DNA from: Octopus vulgaris
Taxonomy: Eukaryota
Assembly (NCBI GenBank): GCA_951406725.2
Contig: OX597816.1
Location: 110,236,001-110,300,000, forward strand
Direction of reading: 5' to 3'
DNA length: 64,000 nucleotides
The first letter of the stretch is position 1; the number at the start of each line of letters is the position of its first letter. Positions 1-11,720 of this stretch are shown piece after piece. Below the pieces are notes generated by a model. That model had not been told where the DNA came from and made no database searches. It saw nothing but the letters and a program-made list of their open reading frames with translations. The position numbers and the translations under genes are program-made.

Positions 1-1189
1 TGTAAAATATTAAGTTACAAAAATAGAAAACTTGAGTTTTCATTATACTTTCAGGTGCACCTTTTGGCCTCATGTATTTAGCTATAATGTCATAGGTGTG
101 CAATCTAATGTAAATATAGCTAAATATATAGATGCTGCATTACATTCTCCTTTGTGTCATTCTTTAATTATGCTAATTCCGATTGATATTATTTTATTTT
201 TGCCATGAAATGTTATTGAAAATAAAATATTCTATTTCGATATAGTTAAGAATAATGTTTTTACCGGACATTTTGAAATTTTTTGCACAATTAGAATGAA
301 CATGAATGATGTGTAGGATTTGAATTGTAGTAACGCAAGTGTTAATTTCTTCCAGTTAATATATCTTGCGAAGGCTTATGCTCTGACATTTACATAGCTA
401 TGCCTTACATCTTGCTATTTTCACATTTTACGTGAAGTAGCATTGTTATAATACCGAATAACATAAATCGGATAATAACTACATATTTTCCATTTTATGC
501 CCGTAATTATTTCATTTTAATGGCTATCTTTCCAGTGGAGTGATGTACTTTTCAACCTATAGCTCGTTCCTTTCAAAATAAAATGGAAATTGCATTATTA
601 CGCTTATATTTAGGCCAATTGCATCAGTAATTTCTATTTCATACGAATTTTACTACGCTTTTTTTTATCACACTATATTTTATCATTTTACATATTTTAA
701 TTCTTGTTCATGATATTAGTTAATTAGTCTTAAACTGTCATCGTAAAAATGCTATTCATGGAAACATGTCATACGTTTTGGAATTACTTTTAACATACTT
801 TTGGTTTTAACACATAGAAGTCCTTGAAAACAGCTTAGGCTTCCGTTTGTCAGTTGTGGTTAATAAAATACAGGTGTGATATGGTAACTATTTGAAATAA
901 TGGGAATTATTATACTCCTTCAATGTATCACGCATCAGAAACAACTACAGTTACACTCCAAAACCTTGGAGATAGACGCACATAAAATGTGATGGGGTAG
1001 AAACACAAATGCCCTCAAAAGGGTAACATGTAATAGGGTTCAAAAACTGAATGTAGTCGTCAAAGTTTAATTTATTGTACCGATTTTCTACTAATGTTGA
1101 TCTATTTACCGTTCAACATTACCCACATAAAATGTGAGATTTCCAATCTTTTCTATATATTACTAATTAGCAACCCAATAAATGCAGTA

Positions 1190-1292
1190 AGTTGACAGAA
1201 TCGTTAGTATGCCTGAAAAAATGCTGGGTGTCATGTCGTGCGTAATCGCGCTGTGAATTCAAATTCCGCTGAGGTTAACTCTGCCTTTCTAT
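1190..1292 (+). mobile_element. Degraded SINE fragment
   Basis: gttgacagaatcgttag...aattcaaattccgctgaggttaactctgcctttc shares motifs with the copy at 38048-38195. Confidence 0.6.
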
Positions 1293-2361
1293 GGTACTCA
1301 AAAATATTTCGGTATTTTGTAAGGAGATGAACTAAGGACTGTGTGTCTGAAACGGCACGGAACGTCAGAATGCGATCGTGCTTTTGAGTTAACTATCACA
1401 GCTTACATTCTCTACTATGCCAAATATATGTTTATTAAACATATGAATGTGAGTTTCTATACACATTTCTATAGACATACATATTTAATATAAAAGTACT
1501 TAATCTAGCAAATTTGTACTCAGAAAAATTGCTTCTGCAAGAGAATTCACTAAATGAAAATGAGGAATTTTTAATGACACAGGAAAAACATGCTAACAAA
1601 AGTAAAATTTTATAATTATGCATCATTGTAATGATATTTTCTTTTCCTAAATTTTCTTCAAAAATATTTTTTCCATAGCAAATCGGTGTTTCTATAAATT
1701 AACATAATTATACATTCGGTAATATCAAAATCCATCTCTATATATTTAATTAGTTAGATTTCGTTCAAATTAAATTAAACACAAAGAAACGAAAAACAGT
1801 AATTCAAACAATTATAGCATTACATCTAAACATTAGGCGGAAATTATTTAGATTTCAAAAGCATTTTAACTATATATATATTCACTAAATTTTAATCTGA
1901 TTTCAGTAATTCTTTCCAGCGTTAGAAACAAGACAAACAATTCCATTTTTTCTATAGGTCCCTCAAGTAAAAACAAAAAAAATATTATATATTATATAGC
2001 TGAGTGGACTGAAGAACCAATGACTGCTTCAGGAATCGAAACCACAATCTTACGATGAAACATTGTAACCTTTACATTACGCTCCTTCACAGACACTCTT
2101 ATAGACATACAGGCATGCATATGTGTTTTAAAATTCTCCCGATGTGTTAATTTATAATCTTGACAAATTGTGTATAGGCGTATTACATCATTTAAAAGAT
2201 TTATGTTGAATTGACCGGTCTCAAATGAAATTGAAAAATCCTTGTTTTTATTTGGTTATATTTGTTTCTGCATGTTGAACGACTCTCCTTTGCCATCGTT
2301 TATTGAAACTTTCGCAATGGGCTAATAGATGTGCTGTCAATATCAACACTCGTCTTTGTCT

Positions 2362-2397
<36 letters not shown>

Positions 2398-2406
2398 CAC
2401 GTACTT

Positions 2407-2860
2407 GAGGTTAGTAGAAATATATTTGACATATTCGTATAGTAAAAGGCATATTCGCTGGATTTACCGTGGAGAGAATTTTCCCTCTTATGTCATGGCA
2501 AAAGGCGGAAAAACCACACACCTGCCAAGCGCTTCCGAGTACAGATTCCCAGTTGGTTGCTTGTGACTCTTTAGACTTTCTCAATGGAAAATACGAAAGA
2601 GCGATAACCCTGGCCAGACTAAAAGCCATAGCCTTTTCTAAAAACTGTAAAATTTGGTTTTGAAACTGCCCACAGTTTTCTCTCTTTGTTATTTCCCATG
2701 CAGTAAAGAAAGCTACACAGCCAGAAAAAACCGTCTGGGAATAAGATAGGGGTGCACTTTTACACATTTTACTATATAAGGGATATTTTTCTCTGTGGTA
2801 ACTCCAGTGAATTTGCCTTTAAAAATTAAAATATATCAGAAATATATTCCAACTAACCTA
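2407..2860. repeat. ~450 bp imperfect fold-back (rod-like) element next to a (TA)n tract
   Basis: Nested inverted matches: aggttagtagaaatatattt / aaatatattccaactaacct; aaaggcatattcgctggatttacc / ggtaactccagtgaatttgccttt; ttcccagttggtt / aaccgtctgggaa; atggaaaatacgaaagag / ctctttgttatttcccat. Confidence 0.8.
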
Positions 2861-3510
2861 ATGGTCCTCTGTTCTTAATCTCTGGTTGGTGCTAATAGCG
2901 TGAATCGAACACACTGACGTTGTAAAAGAGATAGGTTTTTCTGTGATGTATAACTGAGCGACCAGCCTGTTTTGTGTCAAAATATGCCTAGGTGCATTAA
3001 GAACAAATCTGCAAATAATCGATTAAGATGTCGCTGTACACAATGCAAATACACACACACACACACACACTCACACACACACACATACACAAACACACAC
3101 ACACACACACAAACGTGTATGTGTGTGTATGGATGATGTATTGATGGAACATGAATAACCTTTGGGAACCTTTGTATTTTCAACGGTTTTAGGTTTCTTT
3201 TTATCAAAAGATTTAGTCATCCAGTTGCAAGTAAAATCTGTTGTTTAGTCCGGAAATTCGTCCGTTCTGAACGATGTAAACTTGAATATCACGACTAGAT
3301 TCGATCATCTTTATAACATAGCGCCATGATATCAAGGTGCAAATCAGTGCAGGATGCCAACCGACAGTCGTTTGATGGCGAACCCAACTACATAATCTCT
3401 AGGACAGCATTATAGATGCACGCACGATCATACATGTATATGTACATACACACAAACATATATACAGGTATACTCACACACTCATACAGTAGCACACACA
3501 AATATACATG

Positions 3511-3566
<56 letters not shown>

Positions 3567-4199
3567 TGTATGTATGTATTTATGTATGTGCCTGTATCTG
3601 CATGTGCAGGGTTGCCGTGAGTGCTTCTGTGAATGAGGATATATATGCGTGAAAGTGTGGTAGCCGAAAACAAGGAAGTTGATTATGTACAGATAAAATA
3701 AAATAAATCAATTTATTATATTTAGGTGCGAATTAACTGTCTGCATATGTTATAGATTTTGTAGGTGAAATTATACTGAATAAATCTAACAGTCATAATT
3801 GAATTCTACATTGGTTAATTAAGATAAACTGTTTCATTAAATGATCTGTAACTTGCAATGAATATATAATAGCTTGTACAGGCTCTAACATTGTTCAATG
3901 ACGACGTACTAATAGTATTTCTGTATGGAAGTTGTTGAGAAATGCATTTATTTTTAAATTTCTTTTCTAACAATTAATTTTCACATTTGACTACTGTTAG
4001 TTCAGGTTAACCAAAATCACCGATATGGTGCTGGAATATACACTCCACTCCGCAGGTCATAGTTTGTGTACTCCTACTTGTCGAAATGGACTTGTTTTCC
4101 ACCATGTCAAATCTCTGACGTAGAGTACAATTAAAATTTTACGTTAAATATATATGTATTCTGCATTGCACATCCGTCGTTCTCATTCTAGAGAGAAAT

Positions 4200-4900
4200 G
4201 CGTCATAAAATGCTTCCAGCTAAATTGAATAACAAAAGCAAACTCAGTTAACGATGAATAGGCTGATTCATGTTATATTAATTTCGCGTCTGCCAGCTCG
4301 TCTTCGTCTGAGTGGGCCTAGAAGAAAATGTGATCCTTCCACGACTGTTGATGGTTTTGTACGGTAAGCTTTATCTTGTATGTATTTTAATGAAAAAGTT
4401 TAGGGCTCGGCATCCGTAGAACGCAGAGCTTATCTTACTAAACCGCTTTGTCCAATCCATCTCTTCGGAAAATCTCCACAAAGTATGCTTTTACGTTACC
4501 GTGGTATATTTGCAGTGCCTCATCTTGCTGGCAGGGTATTTGCGGGTCTTCAATGTCCTCATGAATGCATCTCATGCTAGATTGTCGCAGCGTGCGGAAG
4601 TAAAAGCACCATTTTCAGTGTAGTCAAAACATTAGGGTCCTTTTGATGAAAAGGTGCGCCATATTCTAAATTCGGGTGAAGGATATACCACCGTAATATA
4701 CACATTCTCAGAGCCCCTGTAGGTGGAATTGTAGCGGTTAATCGAACGATTTACTTTAAAGGTAGCCTAATGTGTATCTTCTACACATCGTATCACGTAC
4801 CAATTGTAAAATAGCACTATCTGGACTGTTGCATCCTCATTGAGAACATGAAGCCATCTTAAACTGTAGGACACTTTCCGTTTTAAAGCTAATCTAATGA
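4200..4900 (-). mobile_element. Decayed Tc1/mariner-superfamily transposase
   Basis: Minus-strand remnants CQQDEAL (cf. FQQDGAP), FPKRWIGQSGLVR*ALRSTD (cf. FPGRWIGRGG..WPPRSPD) and YRTKPST, with stops and frameshifts. Confidence 0.75.
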
Positions 4901-4949
4901 TCTTACCTTTCTAACAGGTTCAACCTAAAGAAATTGATATATATATGTG

Positions 4950-5021
<72 letters not shown>

Positions 5022-5049
5022 TAGATAGATATAGATAGATAGATAGATA

Positions 5050-5103
5050 GATCGTTAGCTCCTACATGCATTCTTTCTCTCCTTGTTTCTCTCCTTGTTT
5101 TTC

Positions 5104-5156
<53 letters not shown>

Positions 5157-5366
5157 CAGATCGTTAGCTCCTACATGCATTCTTTCTCTCCTTGTTTCTC
5201 TCCTTGTTTCTCTCCTTGTTTTTTCTGTGTATCTTTCTGTCGAAGAGCGTAGGCTCGAAACGTAAATTACTTGTTCTATTTCTATTCCTGAGCGCCATAC
5301 TAATACATTTGTGTGCTTGTACTCCACCTGCCTTCGGTTTTTGTTTATTTTCGTAAACCTTCCCGT
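5050..5366 (+). mobile_element. (TA)n-embedded ~200 bp HHR-bearing element, family A (full copy 5159-5366, partial tandem copy 5050-5104)
   Basis: Homologous to 6708-6867 (-) and 13370-13517 (+); bounded by TA/GATA microsatellites. Confidence 0.85.
5233..5268 (+). ncRNA. Minimal type I hammerhead-like motif, A6U variant
   Basis: cttt CTGTCGA a GAGC-gtag-GCTC GAAA CGT A aa: 4-bp stem II, palindromic stem III ACGT, GUA triplet; stem I weakened. Confidence 0.6.
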
Positions 5367-5393
<27 letters not shown>

Positions 5394-5397
<4 letters not shown>

Positions 5398-5692
5398 GAA
5401 ATGAAGAAATGCTGACAAATAATTTAAGTAATTTAAGTAATTTAATTAGGTGAGTTCTTTTTACGGTTGCGCATTTGTTATGCGTATCAAAGAAATTTTT
5501 AAGAAGATAGAGTTCCTTCGATAGATTTTTTCCTCTATCTGTTATAAGAGGAAAAAATCTATCAGAAGAACTCTATCTTCTTAAAAATTCTTTTGATACG
5601 CATAACAAATGCGCAACCGGTAAAAGAACTTTCACCTAATTAAATTACAAAATTACTTAAATTATTTTGTCAGCATTTTCTTCATTTCCTTT
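5394..5692. repeat. ~300 bp near-perfect palindrome between two (TA)n tracts
   Basis: Arms ~5394-5536 and ~5547-5692 are reverse complements differing mostly by small indels. Confidence 0.95.
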
Positions 5693-5704
5693 TTTATATA
5701 TATC

Positions 5705-5762
<58 letters not shown>

Positions 5763-6513
5763 TCATGGTGATAATAAGGATACATTTCCCCTGAGGCCAT
5801 AAGAATAACAGGCTCTTCAATCCCCATAAGCTACACCTACTGGGGGAACATCGCATCTAATATTGCATATGCTCACAGTATGCATGCGCACGGATGTGTG
5901 TGAGCAAGCTTCCAAATGCCGAGTGCATGCTCTTGTACATGCGAAACCGTACGTATGCATGTTTGTACACTTGCACACTCGTGCACACTCGTGTGTGCGC
6001 GCTCGTGTGCTTGTACTTGCGTGTTAATGTTATATAGATGGGTTAAAAGTGTGCACGGGTGCATGTGTGTATATCTGTGTATATATGTTTGCACGTGTGT
6101 ATGCGTATACATGTTCGGGCTCGCATGAGTATGTGTGCCTTCGCGCATATATGTGTACATATACAACCACACATATACCACCACATATATACGCGTATAC
6201 ATACACACCCCTACATCAATCGCCTCTTCCTACATCCCCCAACTATACGAGCGATTTCCTGTTCACCACGCAGTCGATTTCCCGTTCATGCGGTATTTTC
6301 CATCTGTCGGCAGTCAGTAAAATAATATAATATCGACATTAATACCCCGTGACCTTTCTCAATCAATCGCAGGTTAACGTCCAGTAATAAACATTGACTC
6401 TCTTCAATCGATCTTTCATTCAGACTCCGAAGACTAGCCATGAACTAGTGCTCTTATTTCGTTTGTATGTGTATATATATATGTATGTATGTATTTATAT
6501 ATATATATATATA

Positions 6514-6552
<39 letters not shown>

Positions 6553-6572
6553 GTATGTATGTATGTAGTATG

Positions 6573-6631
<59 letters not shown>

Positions 6632-6636
6632 GTATG

Positions 6637-6701
<65 letters not shown>

Positions 6702-6707
6702 CATATA

Positions 6708-6867
6708 CAGGGAGAGACGAAGACAGGTGGTATACAAAACAAACAGATGTATTAGTATACCGCTCAGGAATAGAAAACAGTCTTTTACGTTTCGAACCTA
6801 CGCTCTTCTACTGAAAGGGACACAGAAAAAACAAGGAGAGAAAAAATGTATGTAGTGGCTAACGATC
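6708..6867 (-). mobile_element. Family A element; HHR-like motif at 6782-6817
   Basis: Minus strand reads cttt CAGTAGA a GAGC gtag GTTC GAAA CGT A aaag; abuts a long (TA)n tract. Confidence 0.85.
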
Positions 6868-8566
6868 CATCAAGGATAAGACCTTTATTTTAAGCAACGA
6901 TCATATCAAGTGGCCATCATGGGAACAAAAACCTCATAGGTAATAATTCTTATTAAAATTATAATTCAGAGTATCTAAGATACCACCATTCTAGAGATGG
7001 TAGTGAAAACCTGATTCCCAAACCACATCAAGTATTCATACAAATTACTGAATAATCCCAGGCCTAAGTTTTCTGGCACTATATGAAAAATATACGACAA
7101 ATTCGATTGTCCATCTAAGCACCGCACGTTATATGGTCAAAATACTACTGCAGTGAATATAATGACGAAGTAAATATATATAAATTATTATATAAATAAG
7201 GATTATGTATCTCACTTTGGAGGCAAATTATATATTTTTTATACAGAGTCAGAAACCCTGGGTCTCGGATAATCCAGTATTTTACTAGTTTATTTGTCTA
7301 TTTGTCTTTTCACCTTGTGCTGTATGAATACTTTACGTAATTTTGGAGTCAGGCTGTGACTGTCATATGTAGCATACCCCCAATTATAATTTTAAATGGA
7401 TGTAAGTTTGTGTACATATAATTTTTGAAGGTCTAAATCTCTGACAGATCAGAATACGAATGTTCTGTTTCTCAGGATCTCCCGAAGATATATAAAGACA
7501 GATTAATCCCGACTTTAGATCGAGCTACGAATTAAATCGGCACTTTCATTGCGATAATAGACGCTATTTCATTGGCAACAAATACGAAATTCTAATACGT
7601 GAAAGATTTTAGTTGGTGAACAATAGATATAAAAGTGCTCCTAGTGTAGCTACATATCCATAGATATAGATATAACCAACCCATCCGTACATACATATAT
7701 AATATAACAAATAAATAATATTTTAAAATCATCTTAACAACTTGAGTAATACATACGTAAGCTAAGAAATATTACTTGAAATATTCATAATTGCCTCCCA
7801 TTAACTTGTTATTATCCTTCTCTTTTCTACTATATTTATATAGAGTTCAATTTGCGTTGATATAAGCGACTTAATACTTATTACCCCTTGCTACACATAC
7901 TCGTTATTTTCCTCTTTCCGCTCCATCTATTAACGGTTCTTATTTAAAATGACAATCCTTCCGTTTTTCAAATTGATTGACTAATAGTCACCTCGTAACT
8001 GGTCAGAAACTTCCTACTTCAGAATTGAGGTTGTATAGCATGTTTTCACCTAGACTACGAAGTAAGCATATATGAAATAATTGATATTTTAATAACCTTG
8101 AGTTATGCTATGTAGCTATGTCGGGCAGTAAATGATACCAATTTTTATGTTTATGTTTTGTAGAATTGTATGGTAAATCTTGACTGCTCCTATTATTACG
8201 TGCACAAAATAGTAATATTTTGCTACCCAGTTTAATTAATTTCTGTTATCGATTTTGAAATGCTCCTCATTTAATTTCATTTTCTAATCGATTAACGTAT
8301 AGTTAACCGATATCATATTAAGTTCTGTAACTCCCGGTATTTTTACTTTTTACTTTATGATCAAACCAAATTGCTCCAAGAGCATTATATATTCAACTTA
8401 CGCCGGCAGTAGCCTCACCGCACCCCGTAGATAGGCATGTACCACTAATTATCATAACTATTCTAATTGTATAAGTAAATTTGTCAGTCGGTCGAAAGGT
8501 TCTCTGAGGGATAGGATATAACATCAATTGTTATAACCTTATTTTCTCTTTCTTTTTCTTTATTTT

Positions 8567-8692
8567 TCTGCTCTGATGAAATTCTACAATTTAAGCTGGT
8601 ATAATTAGTACCAGTGATAATTATTATTATTGTAATAATTAAGCCTGATTATACCCAAGATAAGCGCGAACAGAAACAGCTGTTAGATCAGA
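8567..8692 (+). ncRNA. Type I hammerhead motif with long stem II insert
   Basis: CTGATGA 8573-8579, GAAA 8673-8676, palindromic stem III ACAGCTGT, GUU triplet, imperfect stem I tctgct / agatcaga; outer arms aacatcaattgttat / ataataattgatgtt. Confidence 0.7.
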
Positions 8693-9099
8693 TATTGTAT
8701 TTTCTTAATAAATAATAATTGATGTTTATCAGTTATCAGTTTTATCTCCATTTTTTCATTTTTCCATGAATATAAACTTCGGTTTATTCCTTTCCTTACT
8801 TAACATTTATGAGCATTAATACTAATACTCATGATCCCATAGAGGTTATACACCAGTAATCCACTGGATATAGATATCCATTAAATGATTTTTAAAACCT
8901 CTAATTCAACTCACTTGCATATATATTTTTTATGGAGATAATGATACTAAAAATAATGGAACACCCATCCCACGCGACGAGTTGTATGTGGTAGTCGTTA
9001 GAAATAATGTAACGTAGGAATTCGAGAGGTCGGTGAAGACGGTCATAGGTAGTCGTGTCTGTAGTTGTCTAACTAACTATACTGATATACAGGAGTGGA

Positions 9100-10076
9100 T
9101 GTTATAACAGTTCGATGTTGGACTATAACAAACTCACGAGGATTAAGTAAAATTCTCAAATGTTTTTGTTCCAATTTTATGGTATGCAAAATCGTAAGAT
9201 TACGAAAGAATTGTTTTCCGTTTTGCTCGAGTTGTAACAAAAGCAACAACAAAAGACATCCAAGTTTATTACAGCTACAAAAGCTGCAATTAATGTATAG
9301 TAAATCGTCCAAAATTTTTTGAAAGATGTACTCGCCAGATTATGTTGCAAACTCAATAACGGAATTTTTAGTATGATCCAGGCAAATGAGTTATCTGCGA
9401 GGCTAACTACAGAAGATACGAACAGGAAGTGTTCGCAAATATAATTGGAGGAAAATTCTTCTCAAAATTAGACATCTCGGAGGCATACTTACAAAGCGAA
9501 TTAGAAAAAGAATGCTCACACTTATTAGCCATTAATACACACCATGGTTTATTCAAATTTTAACGGCTTCTCTTCGGTGTAAAAGTGGCTCTTTCCATAT
9601 ATCAACAAGTAATGGATACAATACTGGCGGACTGAAATTTTGCTTTCACCTGTTTAGATGATTCCCTATTTAGATGACACCCTATTGAGATGATACCCAT
9701 GTTTTGCATGTAGAGGTCTACACCTAAGAAAAATCTGCCTATTTAAGAAAGTAGAATGTTTCGTTGTAGAAAAGTTGAACATGTAAAAAGAAAAGAGTAA
9801 ACTAGATATCATCGGAAGAAAACGGTTATGTGACAAGAAGGAAATTCGTAGGTGTAAAACTGAAATATGAGAGTTAAAATGCAGTTAGATAGTAGGAGAG
9901 ATATTACCATTGTGAATGAAGAAACAGCGTATAGAACTCGTAAAAAGGGTATTCGAAAATTAAGAGAATACGTGAAGAAAAATGCGTGTTTTTTTTTTGA
10001 AAGAAAAAAATGCTAAATACTTGGTCCAGATAATAGATAAAAACGGATGAAACAGGATCCATTCAGAGTAACTGCG

Positions 10077-10078
<2 letters not shown>
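9100..10078 (+). mobile_element. Decayed Gypsy/Ty3 LTR-retrotransposon gag-pol fragments
   Basis: RT: GGKFFSKLDISEAYLQSEL..LLAINTHHGLFKF*RLLFGVKVALSIYQQVMDTIL..CLDD (~9430-9665); protease-like VKMQLDSRRDITIVNEET (~9873); KYLVQIIDKNG (~10015); knuckle-like CSSCNK. Confidence 0.85.
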
Positions 10079-10122
<44 letters not shown>

Positions 10123-10128
<6 letters not shown>

Positions 10129-10370
10129 AGTGCAAACAAGGGAGTCAGAGAAAGGCAGAATGCTACTTATATCTGAACACTACTATAGAAATATTCTTTT
10201 AAAAAAACTTTTCTTCTAATTTTTCTAAATTTAATTATTTAATCGTTACAGTTGAAAAGGTCTCAAAATGACTGAAACCGGTACTGAAAGATTCACTATA
10301 AAATTATCTTAGCATTTTCTATTTTTGATATATATATCAACTCGTGTGTTCCTTTCCACCCTTATACATA
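10123..10370 (+). mobile_element. (TA)n-flanked ~250 bp element with central HHR and imperfect self-complementary ends
   Basis: TA runs on both sides; agaatgcta / tagcattttct and aaggg..gaaagg / cctttccaccctt pair around the HHR. Confidence 0.65.
10246..10289 (+). ncRNA. Minimal type I hammerhead with U3:A8 core
   Basis: ttacag TTGAAAA ggtc-tcaaaat-gact GAAA CCGGT A ctgaaa: stem I cag/ctg, palindromic stem III ACCGGT, GUA triplet. Confidence 0.7.
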
Positions 10371-11298
10371 TATATATATACATATAGTTAATCCAACAAA
10401 GAGAAAACACAACAACGCGAGGACGTGGAGCAAGTGTATATTGCAATGGTGAGGATATGAAAACCACATTCCATGGTGTAGATAAAATGCTTGTTTGCTA
10501 ATTTCACTTGAACTGAAAATTCCAATAAATCATAAACATAAATCAAACAAAGACACCACATAAGGAATGGGTGGTAAAAAGTCAGACGGCGACCGAGACA
10601 ACGAATAAGAGAAATATACAATGGAATATGTAGGAGAAAAAAGTTCAACCGCGTACAAATATAGTTTGAAAGTAGATAAAATGAATAAACTATAATGAAA
10701 TTAAATATAAACGAATAAATGAACGACAGTAAATGTGAGGAAAAAATGTAAGATTTATTACATTTATTTTCCCTTACATTAAATATTGAGAACAACACGA
10801 AAAACATCTATTCATATATATTCAATGCCTGAAACTGATTTTTATAAATATTTGTAAATACAAATGCATTATAGAAAACATTGTTTAAACGAATATTCAT
10901 GTGTACGAAACTGCAAAGCAAGCTTGAAAATTTGATATATATCCTGCATCGTATATTTCTCTCTTATTTGAAATGCATACGCACACGTTTCTTTTGCATA
11001 TTGCCATAAAACATGCAGAACGATCTGGCTTGCATGTCAGGTCATTCTACGTACTTTAGTAGTAATTTACAAAAACCCACATAATTCGTTACATGACCGG
11101 TAACTAAAGAGTCATCCCCATTTGACTTGCTTGTTGAAGACATGTTTATGTACCCGGAATGATGAAGACAATAGCTGTCAAAAGGACAGACGAATCACGT
11201 ATATGTAACATGGAGTCCAAATATGTATACGCATATTGAACAAACAGTATATTAATGCACATTTCCTTTACACAATTTAATACAATCTACATTAGTGA

Positions 11299-11513
11299 CT
11301 CTTTTACTCTTTTAATTGTTTCAGTCATTTGACTGCGGCCATGCTGGAGCACCGCCTTTAGTCGAGCAATTCGACCCCAGGACTTATTCTTTGTAAGCCT
11401 AGTACTTATTTTATCGCTCTCTTTAGCCGAACCACTAAGTTACGGGGACGTAGATACGCCAGCATCGGTGGTCAAGCGATTTTGGGGGGTCAAACACAGA
11501 CACACAAACATAT

Positions 11514-11546
<33 letters not shown>

Positions 11547-11720
11547 CACATATATACGACGGGCTTCCTTCAGTTTCCGTCTACCTAATCCAATCACAAG
11601 GCTTTGGTCGGCCCGTGGCAATAGTAGAAGACACTTGCCCAAGGTGCCACGCAGTGGCATTGAACCCAGAACCATGTGGTTGGTAAGCAATCTACTTACC
11701 ACACAGTCACTCCTGCGCCT
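11299..11720 (-). mobile_element. Full-length tRNA-derived SINE
   Basis: Minus-strand head with box A-like tgactgtgtgg and box B-like ggttcaatgcc, internal microsatellite, short-repeat tail; homologues at 22843-23192, 16012-16130, 50260-50420 and 59500-59622. Confidence 0.9.

Noticed and set aside
2411-2767. 118-aa ORF faintly resembling PLE RT motif B (QFQNQILQFLEKAMAFSLARVIA)
   Set aside because: No YxDD motif follows, and the region is explained by a fold-back structure.
5775-5830. Minus-strand TTGAAGA gcc..ggc ... GAAA TGTAT C
   Set aside because: Seven extra nucleotides before GAAA, a U3/G8 mismatch and a poor stem I.
7440-7480. Hairpin with UUCG loop after GAAA on the minus strand
   Set aside because: No CUGANGA partner or stem I found.
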